Under the pieces are notes generated by a model. The model made no database searches and was not told where the DNA came from. It was given only the letters and a program-made list of their open reading frames with translations. The position numbers were made by a program, and so were the translations under genes. Shown here one piece after another: positions 41,859-56,291 of a DNA stretch of 64,000 bases. Origin of the DNA: Eledone cirrhosa (Eukaryota); the NCBI GenBank assembly GCA_964016885.1, contig OZ024742.1, forward strand, positions 285,758,001-285,822,000, read 5' to 3'. How positions within the stretch are numbered: the first letter of the stretch is position 1; each line of letters opens with the position of its first letter.

Positions 41859-42287
41859 GTTAAAGAGTAACCAATCTTAAAGAGAGAGATGGAGATAGTA
41901 GAGGAGATATGAGAGGAGAGATTGGTGAATTAGTTAGAAGCCAAACAAAACGTAAAGGCATGTGCTCAATGTGCAATATGCAGTAGAAAGCAGCTAGCTG
42001 GGTTTATGCAGAAGTTAGGTGCGCAGAGCTGGAAATATTCATCAGTTAAGCAAAAACAGACACAAATTTCACAAGGAAGACATTATTAAAAGATTGTCAC
42101 CTTATTTTATTTTGATGTGAGGAATGTAGAGAATAATAATAATAGTATTAATAATAATGGTTTCTTATATAGGCACAAGGCCAGCAATTTTGGGGGAGGG
42201 GAAAGTCGATTAAATCGACCCCAGTGCGTGACTTGTACTTTATTTTATCGACCCCATAAGGATGAAAGGCAGAGTATTAATAATAAT

Positions 42288-42471
42288 TGTTTCTACTTTA
42301 GGCACAAGGCCAGCAATTACCCAGTGCATTACTGGTACTTTATTTTATCGACCCCGTAAGGATGAAAGGCAAAGTCAACCTCGGCGGGATTTGAACTCAG
42401 ATCGTAAAGGGACGTAACTATGCTGGAAAGCATGGCGTCCAACCCTCTACTGATACTGCCAATCCACCACC
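42288..42471 (-). mobile_element. Young family 1 SINE with 18-nt TSD
   Basis: cagagtattaataataat occurs at 42270-42287 and 42472-42489. Confidence 0.88.
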
Positions 42472-42494
42472 CAGAGTATTAATAATAATAATAA

Positions 42495-43770
42495 TGTCCG
42501 TTTACAATTGTTTCGCTGCTCCATATAGTATTTCTGGATCAGATGACTATATATCATAATTGATCTGGTTCAGTGGAAAATAATTAACATATTTAAAAGA
42601 CAGGGCCGCTCATCGGAACTTCAAAGGAATATAAATTAAAATAATGAGATAATGTTACATAATATATTGTTCCATATATTGGTTTTTACTATGGTGTCTT
42701 GGTTGCATCAGTTGTCAGCCATAATCAAGCAGTATTCATCTGTCGAGGCTGCATTGTGTGAGATCTGCCTATGGGTAACAAGCTGGCTGCCAAAGGGCAT
42801 ATTTACCTTACTAATTAGAGGGTGGTTTCAGGGGAAGTAACTTCTCGAGAGATTAGAAATTGTGGGTGTTTATAGTTAAGTGCTAATTTTAAAAAAAATT
42901 TTTAATTGAGAGACAATGTAGGGGAGGTAACTTATAATTATCGAGTTGTTCATAGCAATTTAACTTATTACCTACAAGTAAAAATGGGGCTACATGACTA
43001 AGTTGAGTCAAAAATTCTATTGGCGAAGGAATTAGCCCTTCGATGTTGACAGCTAATAGTTACCTCCGTTCTATCGTTAATCGGTAGAGGTCGTGATAGA
43101 GTTATGTAATATGCTTCCGTAATACAGAGATCACAAGATTTTCTTCGTCCATTGAACGGTTGGGCCCTAGCCACGATATCCCATTTTAGTGAGTGTTGAA
43201 CGTTGTTTAATTTAAGGTTTTTAATGAGCCTAGCTAGCGATGTCGAACATCTGTTGCTAGGGTTTCGGAAGGAAAAAGAGTGCGCGTTATAGCGTACCTT
43301 AAAAGGGTTAGAGGTAGACCCGATATAAGAGCTGGTATTCGAAGCAGTCTTAACCGTGCACCTATAGACTATGTTGGGTGTCATGCAGTATCCATTTAAT
43401 GGGCATGCATTGGGGTAACGGCAGTTGCAGTTGCTTCTGCGGTTAGTGAGAGTAGGGTTGTTTAACCTAAGCGGTAGGTCCGTGCTAGAAGGATTAGAGG
43501 GGGGAGGTGTGCTACTAGAGTAATTATTGATGTAGTGGCGTGGTGTATTTGATAGGGGTCGTGGTACCGCGGTGTGAGAGTTATACTGTCTTAGCTTATG
43601 ATGGTTACTGAACGCGATGTGGCTAGCTAGATTAGGTGTTGTGGAGAATGAGATTTTAATGTTATTTTTATTAAAGAGTTTGTAATATCTATGGTTGGGT
43701 GGGGGTGGGGGGAGTGTTTAGATAGGATAGAGAAGAAGCGTTTGGGGATATTAGTGGCTATATTAGATGT
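42495..43770 (-). mobile_element. 5'-truncated Penelope-like element (end of RT thumb, CxC-x5-C, GIY-YIG), degenerate HHR at 42500-42619
   Basis: YKLFNKNNIKISFSTTPNL..CNCRYPNACPLNGYCMTPNIVYRC..YIGSTSNPFKVRYNAH..CDLCITE. HHR reads gtt CCGATGA gcggc..gcagc GAAA caattg TA aac. Confidence 0.85.
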
Positions 43771-43962
43771 ATATATATATATATATGTGTGTGTGTTTTA
43801 TATTTTAAGATGACCTCCTTTTACCCTCTTGGGGGCAGCGTGTATTTTATCTTTGAGAGGACTGCTGGATTTTCGAATCTACCAGTCTCTTTTTAGCGCT
43901 GAAGGAGACCATCACTAATCTATTAATGTCGATGTAATTCTTATATCGATATTATTTGGGCA

Positions 43963-44086
43963 TCCACTGATGAGTATATAAGAGCCCGCTTGTGTATAAA
44001 ACTATGGATTATATACAAGTTTGTACATAACCTGGAAATTATTTATCCCAAATTGTAGAAATCTTATAACGAAACGGCCGTCTGGA
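43963..44086 (+). ncRNA. Type I hammerhead ribozyme with long stem II insertion
   Basis: tcca CTGATGA gtatataaga..tcttataac GAAA cggccg TC tgga. Confidence 0.82.
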
Positions 44087-44772
44087 AGGAAAGAGATATT
44101 TATTTAATAATGTCTCATATAAAATAATACAACCAGCTATGCACGAAATACTGATTAGTTAGCACCCCAAACACTAAATTGTGAAAATACTTAGGTATAT
44201 CCTAATGTTTGTTGAGTGAGATGGAGTTGGTCAGAGTATCGCTTAAGGCTTTCTCTGTTAATGTATTACATTAATTATATAGATATATATATAAATCAGG
44301 AAAGAAGATTGACATGGTTTGCAATACAAAAAAGGTTTTTAATCTCATTGCTGACAATTGTTTCTCTGAACTGGTAGGTCTAGAGATCGCTATTCGCTTG
44401 TTTTCACGTTACTCGATCGCCAAGGGGACTGGATATAACTATTATTTGTTACCCCGTATATATATATATATATATAAATGTAAGTCCAAAGAATCGTTAG
44501 ATAAATATATACAGTATTTCCTCTCCCAATCAGTATAAATTAACCACATAAAAAATCATTTAAACGAGGCTATAAGTTTAAAATGCACTTATGAAGAAAT
44601 AATAGACAAATGATACAGATTCTTTTCCGTGATGTACAGCCATATGACACTTACCTAATTATTTCTTCTAGCCTATAGAAATTGACTAGCCAAATAGTTA
44701 ACTACACGGAATTAGGTACAAAATCGAAGTTTGAAGAAAAAATGCACATACATTTTACCAGAAATCTCATAG

Positions 44773-44831
44773 TCTCTACCAACCGGTGGTTTCGTTCCAC
44801 TTTTTGGATATACCCGGAACTCATCAGGAGA
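44773..44831 (-). ncRNA. Type I hammerhead ribozyme, intact
   Basis: Minus strand reads tctc CTGATGA gttcc..ggaac GAAA cca-ccggt-tgg TA gaga. Confidence 0.88.
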
Positions 44832-45283
44832 TACCCCAGACTGGACTAAGATTCTTCTACCATGATCCCCGCCAGAAATGAATTCAAAATGGCTAAGAAC
44901 CATCACGTGGCCAGTGGTCAAGGCAGAATGTTTGTGATTCGTGCCTGTCGGCGAGTAGGCTGGTTGCTAGAAAGGGCAGCCGAATACTGCCTAAAGTTTT
45001 ACTCAACCTTACGGGAGTTTATATTAAATTCAAAGAGTATATATATATAATTAGACAAAGTCACAGATACATATATGAGTTTGGCAACCATTCACGGTGT
45101 GGTTCAATGAAGAATTAATTAAATAATTATTAATCAGAGCTATATATAAAAAAATATATATATAACAAAGAGGGTGTGGTAAGATACCAGGTAGACCATA
45201 CCACACCAGAGTACTCAATACTTAGGGTAGTAGAGTGGGTAATAGGAAAAGAGTGAGCCGCTGGGGTGCTGATTCTTTTCTTA

Positions 45284-45357
<74 letters not shown>

Positions 45358-45691
45358 TAGAAGTGGTATTTAATTTGTTGGAAGTCCGACAAACATAAAT
45401 GTTTATAACTGATTTAGAGCACTCAACAAGTTACTGGAGCAAATATTCAATGATATTAAATGATATTAAATATCTCGTAATTTTTTTTATCTTTATCCCT
45501 TATATGTTTCCCCTCTCTTTCTCCAGTGTCATTTAAATAAACGGTTGTTTTTCAATTATTTACATATTCATTTGCATATTCACACATAAGTTTGAATAAT
45601 CCCTAATATATTTCCACTATCCAGTGAATTTCCAACCGATAAGGTATGATTTTCATGGGTATGTCTCTATTTATAAAATAAACTTTGTATT

Positions 45692-45748
45692 TTATCTGAT
45701 GAAAGCGTACCAATGTTGTCTTGGTTACCCTTGAAATATATATAATAA
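45692..45748 (+). ncRNA. Hammerhead ribozyme
   Basis: ttat CTGATGA aagcgtaccaa-tgttgtc-ttggttaccctt GAAA tatata TA ataa. Confidence 0.7.
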
Positions 45749-45792
45749 CAAAATATGGTTTTATAGATATAGTTTCCATTTATTTAATATCA

Positions 45793-45851
<59 letters not shown>

Positions 45852-45940
45852 AATAAATACATTATCGGAGAAAGCTTTTTAGCGATACTCCGGCCAAATT
45901 CCAACTATATATATATATATATATATATATACTATATATA

Positions 45941-46127
45941 ATTGTTTCTACGTTAGGCACAAGGCCAGCAATTATCCAGTGCATTACTGGTACTTTATTT
46001 TATCGACCCCGTAAGGATGAAAGGCAAAGTCAACCTCGGCGGTATTTGAACTCAGATCGTAAAGGGACGTAACTATTCTGGAAAGCATGGCGTCCGACCC
46101 TCTACCGATACTGCCAATCCACCGCCC
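45941..46127 (-). mobile_element. Young family 1 SINE in (TA)n
   Basis: Near-identical to the 40227 and 42288 copies. Confidence 0.85.
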
Positions 46128-46460
46128 TAAATATATATACTATATATAATACAGAGAGATCCTCTCTCTTTCTCTGTACACACACAACACACATATATAT
46201 ATATATATATATATAAACTTGAATGCCTCGTTAAACATAGCTCATTAAGAATTGAATGATATAAAAATAACTTCCTGTCTGGACTAGACGCAACTGGTGG
46301 TATATAGTACGAAATATTCAAGGCATGCGTCACTCTTAACTCCAGTCGTATATAAAGTTAAAACTTTTTTTCACTGATTTATCTATCTATTTACATAGGT
46401 AAGGAATATTAGCGAACATAAGTATATAATAATGGAAGTATTTTTAATGTAGGAAGGAAA

Positions 46461-46926
46461 TAGAGTGCGTAACTTGGAGATAAGAGACTCCCTTCGGGTA
46501 GATCCACTACTTCTCCGAATTGAGAGATCACAGCTCCGATACTACGGACATGTGGTTAGAATGGGGCTCCTCTGAAGGGTCTTTGGAGTAACGTTATACG
46601 AGAGAGTGCGTAGCTCTGAGATCAGGGAGTCACTCCAAGTAGAAGCGTTTGTTCTCCGAATTAAGAGATCGATGCTCCAGTTGTATGCGCATGTTGTTAG
46701 AATGTCTAGGGAAAGAATTGCTCGACGGATTTTAGGGTTAAAAACCAATGCGCAGGAGTAGACCCCGAGCAAGATGGTTGTATAACATCCATGAGTTCGG
46801 CTGGTCTCTCTTGGGGATCCAGCCGGATTAGTTGGAGACGGTTGCTTCTGACAGAAGTGATTGAGGACTTTGCCCCCTCGACCCTCTCTGGAGTAAGTGG
46901 GCGAAAAAGAAGAAGAAAAAGAAGAC
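46461..46926 (+). mobile_element. RTE-clade LINE 3' fragments (two diverged overlapping pieces) with GAA tail
   Basis: RVRNLEIRDSLRVDPLLLRIERSQLRYYGHVVRM followed by GVTLYERVRSSEIRESLQVEAFVLRIKRSMLQLYAHVVRMSRERIARRIL. Confidence 0.8.
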
Positions 46927-47611
46927 GCATTTATAATTCTTACATCTAACCTCTACTTTCCTATACAGCCAGATCCGTCCTTCTTTACCCCTTTCCTCCT
47001 GGTTTTCTCATTACTTAATTTTGTTTTAATCTTTTTATTAAACATTTCCATCATTGTATAACTTCTGTTTCTAAAATATAGTTGACATAATAAAACCATA
47101 GCTAAAAACAATATACATATTTACGCCGAGGTTGACTTTGCCTTTCATCCTTACGGGGTCGATAAAATAAAGTACCAGTAATGCACTGGGTATTTGCTGG
47201 CCTTGTGCCTAAAGTAGAAACAGTTATTTATATAAATAAGGGACCCGATAAAATTCTCCATCTCATCTTCTGTATTACAGGTATGATAGATATAGTTACT
47301 TTAATGAAAGTTTGTATACATAGTCTAAAAATAAAGTCTATACTATTAATAGAGAAATTCTTAAGCAGCTGTGTTATGTACCATTACAGAAAGGAATTCA
47401 AGTAATTATGTAATAATAGCAAAACCAAACATAGAAACTATTAGTGGCTAAATATATCAACTATATGTAGTACATGACTCAACAGGGTTTGGTGCGGGGT
47501 ATCAGGTCAGCAAAGGTCTTATCTATATTCTTCTTATTGATTCTTCACTAGATTATCTAACATCAAGTTAGAGTATATATAATGTAATGGTTACAACTTG
47601 TTTATATACAT

Positions 47612-47642
<31 letters not shown>

Positions 47643-48090
47643 CACATACACACGTATATATATATATATATACACACACACACATATATATATATACATA
47701 CATATACATACACACACACACATATATATACACATACACACGTATATATATACACACACACACACACATATATATATACATACATATACATACACACACA
47801 CTCGCACACACATATATATATAGAGAGATATATATACATATATATATACATACATGCACATATATATACATACATATATGTGTGTGTGTATATATATATA
47901 TAAATTTCTCCCAAAGGTAACTCTATCTCGTGTTATTTTTATTTTTTACGCTCTTTCCTACGTTCCTCTACACACTATACATCTCATTCTACATTTCAGC
48001 TTGCATCTCTCTCTTCACCACCGGATTCTGTTACCCGGAGATTTACCAATCTGCATTGTTGAGGCTTCCAAAACGACCAAATTTATATAT

Positions 48091-48150
<60 letters not shown>

Positions 48151-48195
48151 ATAATAATAAATTTGAAGACTAAAATCCAAAGAGGGCTCAATAAG

Positions 48196-48246
48196 AGTTT
48201 CAGAAGATCCCGTTAAGGGTGAAAGCAGCGATTCTTTGCTTAAACT
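48196..48246 (+). ncRNA. Degenerate hammerhead (U4 to A)
   Basis: agttt CAGAAGA tccc-gttaa-gggt GAAA gca..tgc TT aaact. The 3' part matches 63797-63861 in reverse. Confidence 0.55.
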
Positions 48247-48262
48247 TTAATCTGTTATTTTA

Positions 48263-48324
<62 letters not shown>

Positions 48325-48632
48325 GCACATATATATGCACATATATATATATAAACATATACATATATATACAAACATATACAAGCACATATATATAAAC
48401 ATACACATATATATATATAAACAAACATATGTATATATAAACATATATATCATCATCATTACCGTTTAACGTCCATTTTGCACGCTAGCATGAGTTAGAT
48501 GGTTTGTCCTATTTGAGACAAGTCAAGATCAGATTACTCTGTCTTGCTCATACAGAACCGATTTTGGATTGGTTTCTACGGCTGGATGACCTTCCTAACG
48601 CCTAACACATTTACCGTGAATAATGTCTGCTT

Positions 48633-48910
48633 TTTGTCGTGACACCTACTCGACCACTTTACAGAGTGGGTTGGGTTCTTTTTGTCGTGACACCTACTCG
48701 ACCACTTTACAGAGTGGGTTGGGTTCTTTTTGTCGTGACACCTACTCGACCACTTTACAGAGTGGGTTGAGTTCTTTTTGTCGTGACACCTACTCTCATA
48801 CTTTACAGAGTGGGTTGGGTTCTTTTGTCGTGACACCTACTTGACCACTTTACAGAGTGGGTTGGGTTCTTTTGTCGTGACACCTACACGCATACTTTAC
48901 AGGGTGGGCT
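48633..48910. repeat. 48-bp tandem repeat, ~5.8 copies
   Basis: Unit tttgtcgtgacacctactcgaccactttacagagtgggttgggttctt. Confidence 0.95.
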
Positions 48911-49094
48911 GGGAGTTTTGATGGGGTGTGTGGGGATTAGGGAGGTAGGTATATGGGCGTGTGTGCGGGGCGGAGTGTTAGGACGTGGGATGTGTTTGGA
49001 AGGGGGGCATGAAGGTGAAGGTCGTGCATACCAGATGCATGCTTCAGTCTCTGGAGGTGTATGGAAGGGTGGGGTGGAGGTGAATACTATATAT

Positions 49095-49650
49095 ATCATT
49101 CAGCCTATACTCATGGAAATGCGGGTTTTCTGTATTACAGCATAACGCCAGAGATCTCGGTCCTGTGTCATCACCTTTGAGAGGTGCAATTGTGAAAGGT
49201 CAGCTTTTATCACCTCATTCCAAGTCTTCCTGGGTCTTCCTTCTCCTTGGCTTCCATCAACTTTCAGCGCTCTGCATCTTTTTATACAGCTGTCATCCTT
49301 TATACGCATCTCATGTCCATACCAACGGAATCTCCTCTCCTGCATACTGCATCTGATTCCGCTTATGCCTAGACCCTCTTTCAGTTCGTTTATGCTTTGC
49401 CGTTCTCATATATTACTATTACACATCCATGGAGGCATACAAGCTTCATTTCTTTCGAATCTTCGTAAGTCCTCTGTGCACAGCGCCCATGCCGCACTAC
49501 CATGCAACATTGCTGCTCGTATACATGCATCATACAGTCTGTTTTTCATTTTGAGGGAAAACCTTTTGTAACTGGCAATAGCTCCCTGAACTTCTTCCAT
49601 CTCGTTCTCACTCTGGCTACTGTACTTTCAGAAACTGAGATCCCACCACA
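49095..49650 (-). mobile_element. RTE-clade LINE 3' fragment
   Basis: ARVRTRWKKFRELLP..LYDACIRAAMLHGSAAW..RRFRWYGHEMR..GRPRKTWNEVIKADL..DRDLWR. Confidence 0.88.
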
Positions 49651-49722
49651 TCTCTTATGTACCCATAATTTGCATTTGGGATACTTGATATATATATAAT
49701 CAAATACATACACACACACACA

Positions 49723-49808
<86 letters not shown>

Positions 49809-50099
49809 TATATGTTTATATATATGTATGTATATATATATATATATTTATATATATGTATATATATATATATATATACATACATATGCATAGAAATATA
49901 TATATATACATATATATACACACATATATATACATACATGTACATACAAATACATACATACATAAACATATATATATATAAACCATATCATTTGTACTGC
50001 CTCTCTGTTTTTTGTTCTATGTTCATTTATTAAACTATATATATATATATACATATATTGACTCTTAAGATGACCCCTTAGCCCTTGTCAAGGCAGAAT

Positions 50100-50470
50100 T
50101 CTAGGAGAAGGAAAACTCTGATATAACACCTGCAACCCTGATGGTATCCAATGATGTTGACTTGTTCTTCTTTTTGGTAAATATCATCTTGGTTAAGAGA
50201 GTGGGACTGGCTTTGTGCAGTGCCTTTGCTCACTATAAAAGCTTCACGGCACAGGCATTGCTTTATATCTGGAGATCTCTGCACTTGTCGTCACATGGTG
50301 CCATGGGCCCAGCACTATGTGTCAATAATAGTCACAAGTGTAGTGTTTGTACCAGAGTGTTCAAGTCGCTGGCTGGACTAAAAAGTCACACTCGTTCAGC
50401 GCATTGGTAGGGGTTCTCCTACATGGATATAAAGTAGTGGCCGTACTCGAAAACGAGTTGGCAGCCGCCA
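50100..50470 (+). mobile_element. Decayed RTE-like LINE tail with a C2H2 finger
   Basis: HKCSVCTRVFKSLAGLKSHTRSAH at the end of a decayed frame, similar to the 23540 finger. Confidence 0.55.
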
Positions 50471-50504
50471 TATACATATATATACACACATATACATACA
50501 CACT

Positions 50505-50592
<88 letters not shown>

Positions 50593-50837
50593 TGTGTGTG
50601 TGTGTGTGATTTCTAGAATAAGTTGGGGAGCCGAAAATAAATTTTAATGAATAAAATACTTAAGTTCATTAACCTCAACGAAAATCACTTTGGAAAATAA
50701 TTGTGTTGGGTGGGTATTGTGAACATCCAAACATTGATACACACACATATTGGTCGACGTACATATATATATATATGTGTATATGTGTGTGTGTGTACAT
50801 ATATGTGTGTGTATATATATACGTGTATGTGTGTGGC

Positions 50838-50872
<35 letters not shown>

Positions 50873-50938
50873 ATATATGTGTGTGTGTGTGTGTACATAT
50901 ATGTGTGTGTATATACACGTGTATATGTGTGTGTGTGG

Positions 50939-50988
<50 letters not shown>

Positions 50989-52385
50989 ATGATTGTGTGT
51001 AAGTGTGTGTGTGTGTGTATGTGTGTGTGAGTGAGTGTTTTAATGTGCGGACTATAATAAGATAGCGAACTGAGCTGAAAACAATATATTAATGAATTAG
51101 AAATTTAACATTAATGAGACGTCCATTACCCCCAATGAAAATAACTCACGAATGTGGGGTGGGGTGAGGGTGGAAACAAGAGGAGTATAGCCGAGATTGA
51201 AATAGGAGACATATGTGAAGAGTAATTTTCATTAAAGCTAATGACCTTATTCTCATTACGGTTCTATTATTGTATTCCATTTGTTAAGTCTGGTGGAAGG
51301 AGCCATGTCAGTGCCCTCACTGGCACGCCGATAACGATAACAGCAATGGCAGTAATGTTCTGTTTAAACGCTTACAAATTGATGCCTAATAGGAAAGGCA
51401 TGGGGACTTGGGGTATTTTTTTCTTTAACTCAAGACGAAAATATGGTATGATCTCGTAAGTCCTGATGGAGTCGAAGGGCACCATTTTGAAATACAGTGT
51501 TCCTAGGGGCACTTTAAGCCTGGCGGAGCCCATCCCTCTCCAGGCTTGAGTACAGCAGATTTCTTTCAGAGAAGATAAAAAGTGAAAAATTCGAAGTAAT
51601 ATAGAGGAAGAATCGACCCCACTACTTGACTGCTTTTTTTTTATCGACCTCAAATAGATGACAGGCAAAGTTGACCTTGGCTGGACTTGAACTCAGAGAG
51701 CAGAGAGCCGAAATGAATGCAGCAAAGTATTCTATCCAACGTTCTAACGATTCTCCAATTCGAGCAAACGTTTATTGTCCAGCTGGCAAGATACATGAAA
51801 GCATCTCCTTAGCATCTCTCTGAAAGGTCTAATACACCTAAATCTGAACGTAGATACACTTAGAACAAACGCAAAGTAATCACTGAATACTCCGAAAACA
51901 AAGCTAATAATATACAAAACACTCAGTGGATAGAACATTGCCAATTACAATCTAAATGTCCATACTAGTGATTCTCTGGTTACCCGTTCGTTTATATCCT
52001 AAGTTTATGTGCTGTCGATGCCTGGGAGATGGGGTCTCAACCATGTGATGTCATGGTGTATGTCTTGGAGAAGCCGTAAATGGGAAATCATTATATCTTA
52101 AAAGAGAATTTGGAAGGTGCTTGCGAAACATGATGGTGACTGATTCGATACCGACTCGACTGCCATCTTGTAGGCATTACATATGTTCGTATGTATGTGC
52201 TCGTGTTTGTATGTGTGCATATTTGTAAATCTGCTTGTACATGTGTTGTAGACAAAAGTATGTCTGTGTATGTGTCTATGTGCTTGGCAGTGTTTGTATG
52301 TGTGTGTGTTTTTATTATTTGTATGCATATATGTGAATGTGTTTGTGCATGTGCTGGAGACATAGTGAGAGAGAGAGAGAGAGAG

Positions 52386-52444
<59 letters not shown>

Positions 52445-52933
52445 ATGTGTGTGTGTGTGGGGGGGGGGGTGTATGTGTGTGTGTGTGTGGATGTGTGTGA
52501 CAGTTTGTATGTGTCTATTTGTGTGTATGTATATAACTTTGTGCATGTTTTGGAGACAAAGTCTGCGTGAATATCTATATATATATATATCTATGTGTGT
52601 AAGTGTGTGTGTATGTGTATGTGTGTGTCTGTGTGTCTGTGTGAGTGTGTGTGTGTGTGTAATATATATATATATATAACCTCGACATTCTTGTAAGCGA
52701 AGATATTTGAGAAGAGACGCACGTGGCCTGTTGCTACCGGTGGGCGGCGGTGGTGGTGATGTAACGATGAAATCAGTTTGATATGTGATACGACAATTGT
52801 GGAGGGAAAATGGCGACTAAGATTCGCACAACTAACTTGTCTGACTTGAAGAGTTGTTCTTTGATGCTGGATAACAAAAACAGCAAACAAACACATGCAT
52901 TATCGTGTATTTCAATTATTGTTGTCCAAACTC

Positions 52934-52998
<65 letters not shown>

Positions 52999-53034
52999 TA
53001 TAAATCAAAGTCTATGTGGCGGTCTAGTCGACCA

Positions 53035-53071
<37 letters not shown>

Positions 53072-53879
53072 ATACTAATACTACTAGTGGTACTACCGCT
53101 ACTACTACCATCGCCGTCACAAATGCCACCACTAATACCACTGCCATTACCACCATCACCAATACTAACCCTCTACCACAACTCCACCACTACTACTAGT
53201 GGTACTACCGCTAATCATCATCATCCGGCGTCCTCGGAGTGGGAGGGTTCGAAAAAATCTGAAAAAAATTAATAAGCGTGTGGAGGGAACGATTATTCGA
53301 CACCCGTGAGTACACATACATTCCCATATCTTTACTCTATTGGACCCTGAACAGAGTAAAAAAAAGTTGTAAAAAGAACGTGAACCTGGGATCAGAATGA
53401 ATTACATTTAGGAAGACTTTCTTTAACCATTCAAAAACAAATGAATAAAATAAAATGAAATAAAAAAAACAGCTTGTTAGCTGGTAATTAAATATGAGCA
53501 CCACCTCCATACTTCCATTGCAAACATATTAAATGACCTACACTTACTTACTTTCAAGAATAATTTATTAATATATATTTCTCTACATATCTTACATATC
53601 AGATGTTACAGGCTATAACATATTGTAAGGTTTAATAACAGAAGTAGGGTTAATAAATTATCTTTCAAGAGTAGTTGTCTGGCATTTGAAACGTCAGCAA
53701 AATAAAACTAGACTAACGCTTATATAGTAGTTTTTATGTTGTTAAATGACCAAGCAATCATGTCGGTAAATCGTGGAAAAACCCCTACTTTAAATCTTGA
53801 CAGCCCATATTTTCAACATAATTTATCGGACATAAGAGTTTCTTCAAAAACCTTTCGCCCATAAATGTATATATATATA

Positions 53880-54166
53880 CTTCGTTTTTGAATTTGTTTT
53901 GCAAGATTTCTTATCTGAAAACGTGTGTTGAAACAGATATTGTTATACTTTGAGAGGTCATGTTGCCAATAAAAGCACACGCACCTATTGGTTTTCTCTT
54001 CAATTTATTATAAACTTCCAGCTGGTTGGTCGATTCGATAATCTGATGGTTGTTTATAAATTGGCAAAGCTCTTTCATCACACATACTGTGACCTCTTCA
54101 GTGACTGTTTTTTTTAATTTTGTGTCTCTCCTTTGTTCTGCCCTACACCATCTTGTTTTTGTGTGT

Positions 54167-54168
<2 letters not shown>
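53880..54168 (-). mobile_element. Solo PLE pLTR with HHR (54063-54105)
   Basis: Homologous to 4320-4553 and 36683-37013. Minus strand reads gtca CTGAAGA g gtcaca-gtatg-tgtgat GAAA gagc TT tgcc. Confidence 0.8.
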
Positions 54169-54223
<55 letters not shown>

Positions 54224-54390
54224 AATTAATATCTAGTAACATATATATACATACAGATGCATATCTATGCTAGCAAATATATAGGTTTTGTCTTAGTAAC
54301 TTTGTGGTTCAATGCATGGGGCTGCAGAACAATAATATGAGAGACGTAAAATAAGAAAATTATAAAATTAACTTACTTACTAAAATATCA

Positions 54391-54470
54391 CTTCCAACTA
54401 ATTAGTTTCTGGAATGGAATAAATATATTTTCCGAAGAAAACATAGAGAATCATTCCGTCGTCAGGGAAG
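54391..54470 (-). ncRNA. Type I hammerhead ribozyme
   Basis: Minus strand reads cttcc CTGACGA cggaatg..cattcca GAAA ctaattag TT ggaag. Confidence 0.78.
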
Positions 54471-54587
54471 ACTATTCTCAACTAAGTATCCAGGCAAAGC
54501 GTGGACTCTGGAAAGTCATTAAAAAATAATTCAGTGGATAGAAAATAGCAAAGCGTGGACTGAATTCCTAGCCATTGAGAAAATCTA

Positions 54588-54639
<52 letters not shown>

Positions 54640-55757
54640 CAGGTACACAATGGGAGAATGTAGAGGGGGGGGGGGGGTTATATTCAGGGCTGAAATCTGG
54701 TTCAAACGTTTGAAATAAGCTGGACTTTGAAAAGGGCCATCGAGAACTATATGAGGTTGTTAACCTTAGCGACAGATTAAGTCTACCACCTAAGTAGACC
54801 ACAGTGAGATTTGAACTCAGAGCGTAGAGAGCCGGAACAAATACCGCAGATTCATCACTGTGGAGTGGTGCGTAATTTTATTGACCCCAGAAGGATAAAA
54901 GGTAAGGCTGACCTGCACGGAATTTGTTGAAGTCAGATCTCAGGAAGCTGGACAAAATAGCGCTAGATATTTCCTACATTTTAACGACTTTACAACTTGG
55001 CCACCTATATATTTGGTGTTGTAAAGATATAAAGTAAAACTTAGAACACCTCCCCCGCCTGCCTCGAATATTCAAATTACAGCCCATATATAGCGTTTGT
55101 TCCGACGCCAGAATCACTACACTAACATTGCATGATAAGTGTTCATCTGTCACCCGGGTTAATACCATCAACTGGTTCTTGGTTGCCTTTAGCAGAGTCC
55201 ATTCCGTTATAAGCATTAAAGTCATCTTCCAGCCTCCCTCTTTGAAAGGAGTTTGGAAAGGGGTCGTGGGTACTGCCCTGCCCACTCTGACTATTCATTT
55301 AAAAAGGTGGTGTGGATAATTTAGAGACTGTCTAGTAGGCTTAATTTGGGTGCTTAAAATTAATCCTTCTCTCGGTTTAACACCACCACCTAGTCCTTGA
55401 GTGTCCTTATCGAAGTCCCCTCTTCTTGAAATATTTAGGCTAGTTCTTTAATTTAAGGATATTTTCTTTATCGCTTCAACCAGTCTCTGGGGCCTGGGGT
55501 CTTAGAGAACTCGTGGATACTGCACTTTAATCCCGATGAAACAGCAAAAGAAAATAAAGATATATAGGGCGGACATATGGTGTGTATGGTGTTTGAATAG
55601 CGTGGACAATCGGTGTGAATAGAATAAACATGTAGTATGGTAGACATAACTTGGGTGGTTAGACTTAATCTGTTTCTCAGTTTAACGCCACCACCTGGCC
55701 TTTGCAAGTCATATTTTCGGTTTGACGATACCTTCCTTCCTTTCCTCTCTCCCATAG

Positions 55758-55968
55758 ATCTTGGGGTCGCTGAAAAGGCTCATAGGCAATTCCCTTTCTT
55801 CTCTCCCTTCCTCTTGGAGACCCTGAAAAGGGGCATTGGGAATTCCCTTCACTCCCTCCCTTAGGTCTTGTGGACCCTGAAAAAGCTCATAGGGGATTCC
55901 CTTCACTCCCTTCCCTGGGTCTTGGGGACCCTGAAAAAACTCATATAGATGATTCTCTTCACTCCCTC
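55758..55968. repeat. ~54-bp degenerate tandem repeat, ~4 copies
   Basis: tcttggggaccctgaaaaagctcatagggaattcccttcactccctccc. Confidence 0.8.
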
Positions 55969-56226
55969 ACTGTAACTATTTGTGTTCAGAGATGAAAAGG
56001 AAAAACAAATCTTTATTTTTTTTTTTCAATATAAAATATTTTGATGAGATGATATTTCCTCTCAATCACCTTCCATTGATTTATGTTCAGTCTTTGAGTA
56101 GAGTCTGGGATGATGGGTGCAAGAGGGAACAATTAATGTTGTTCCAAACATTCCTTCTATATATCACTACACATACACACACATATATATACTCATACAC
56201 ATACACACGTCACCGCTATATATGTA

Positions 56227-56291
<65 letters not shown>

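Noticed and set aside
48633-48910. Regular 48-bp repeats resembling a CRISPR array
   Set aside because: Units are contiguous with no unique spacers, there are no cas genes, and the context is eukaryotic.
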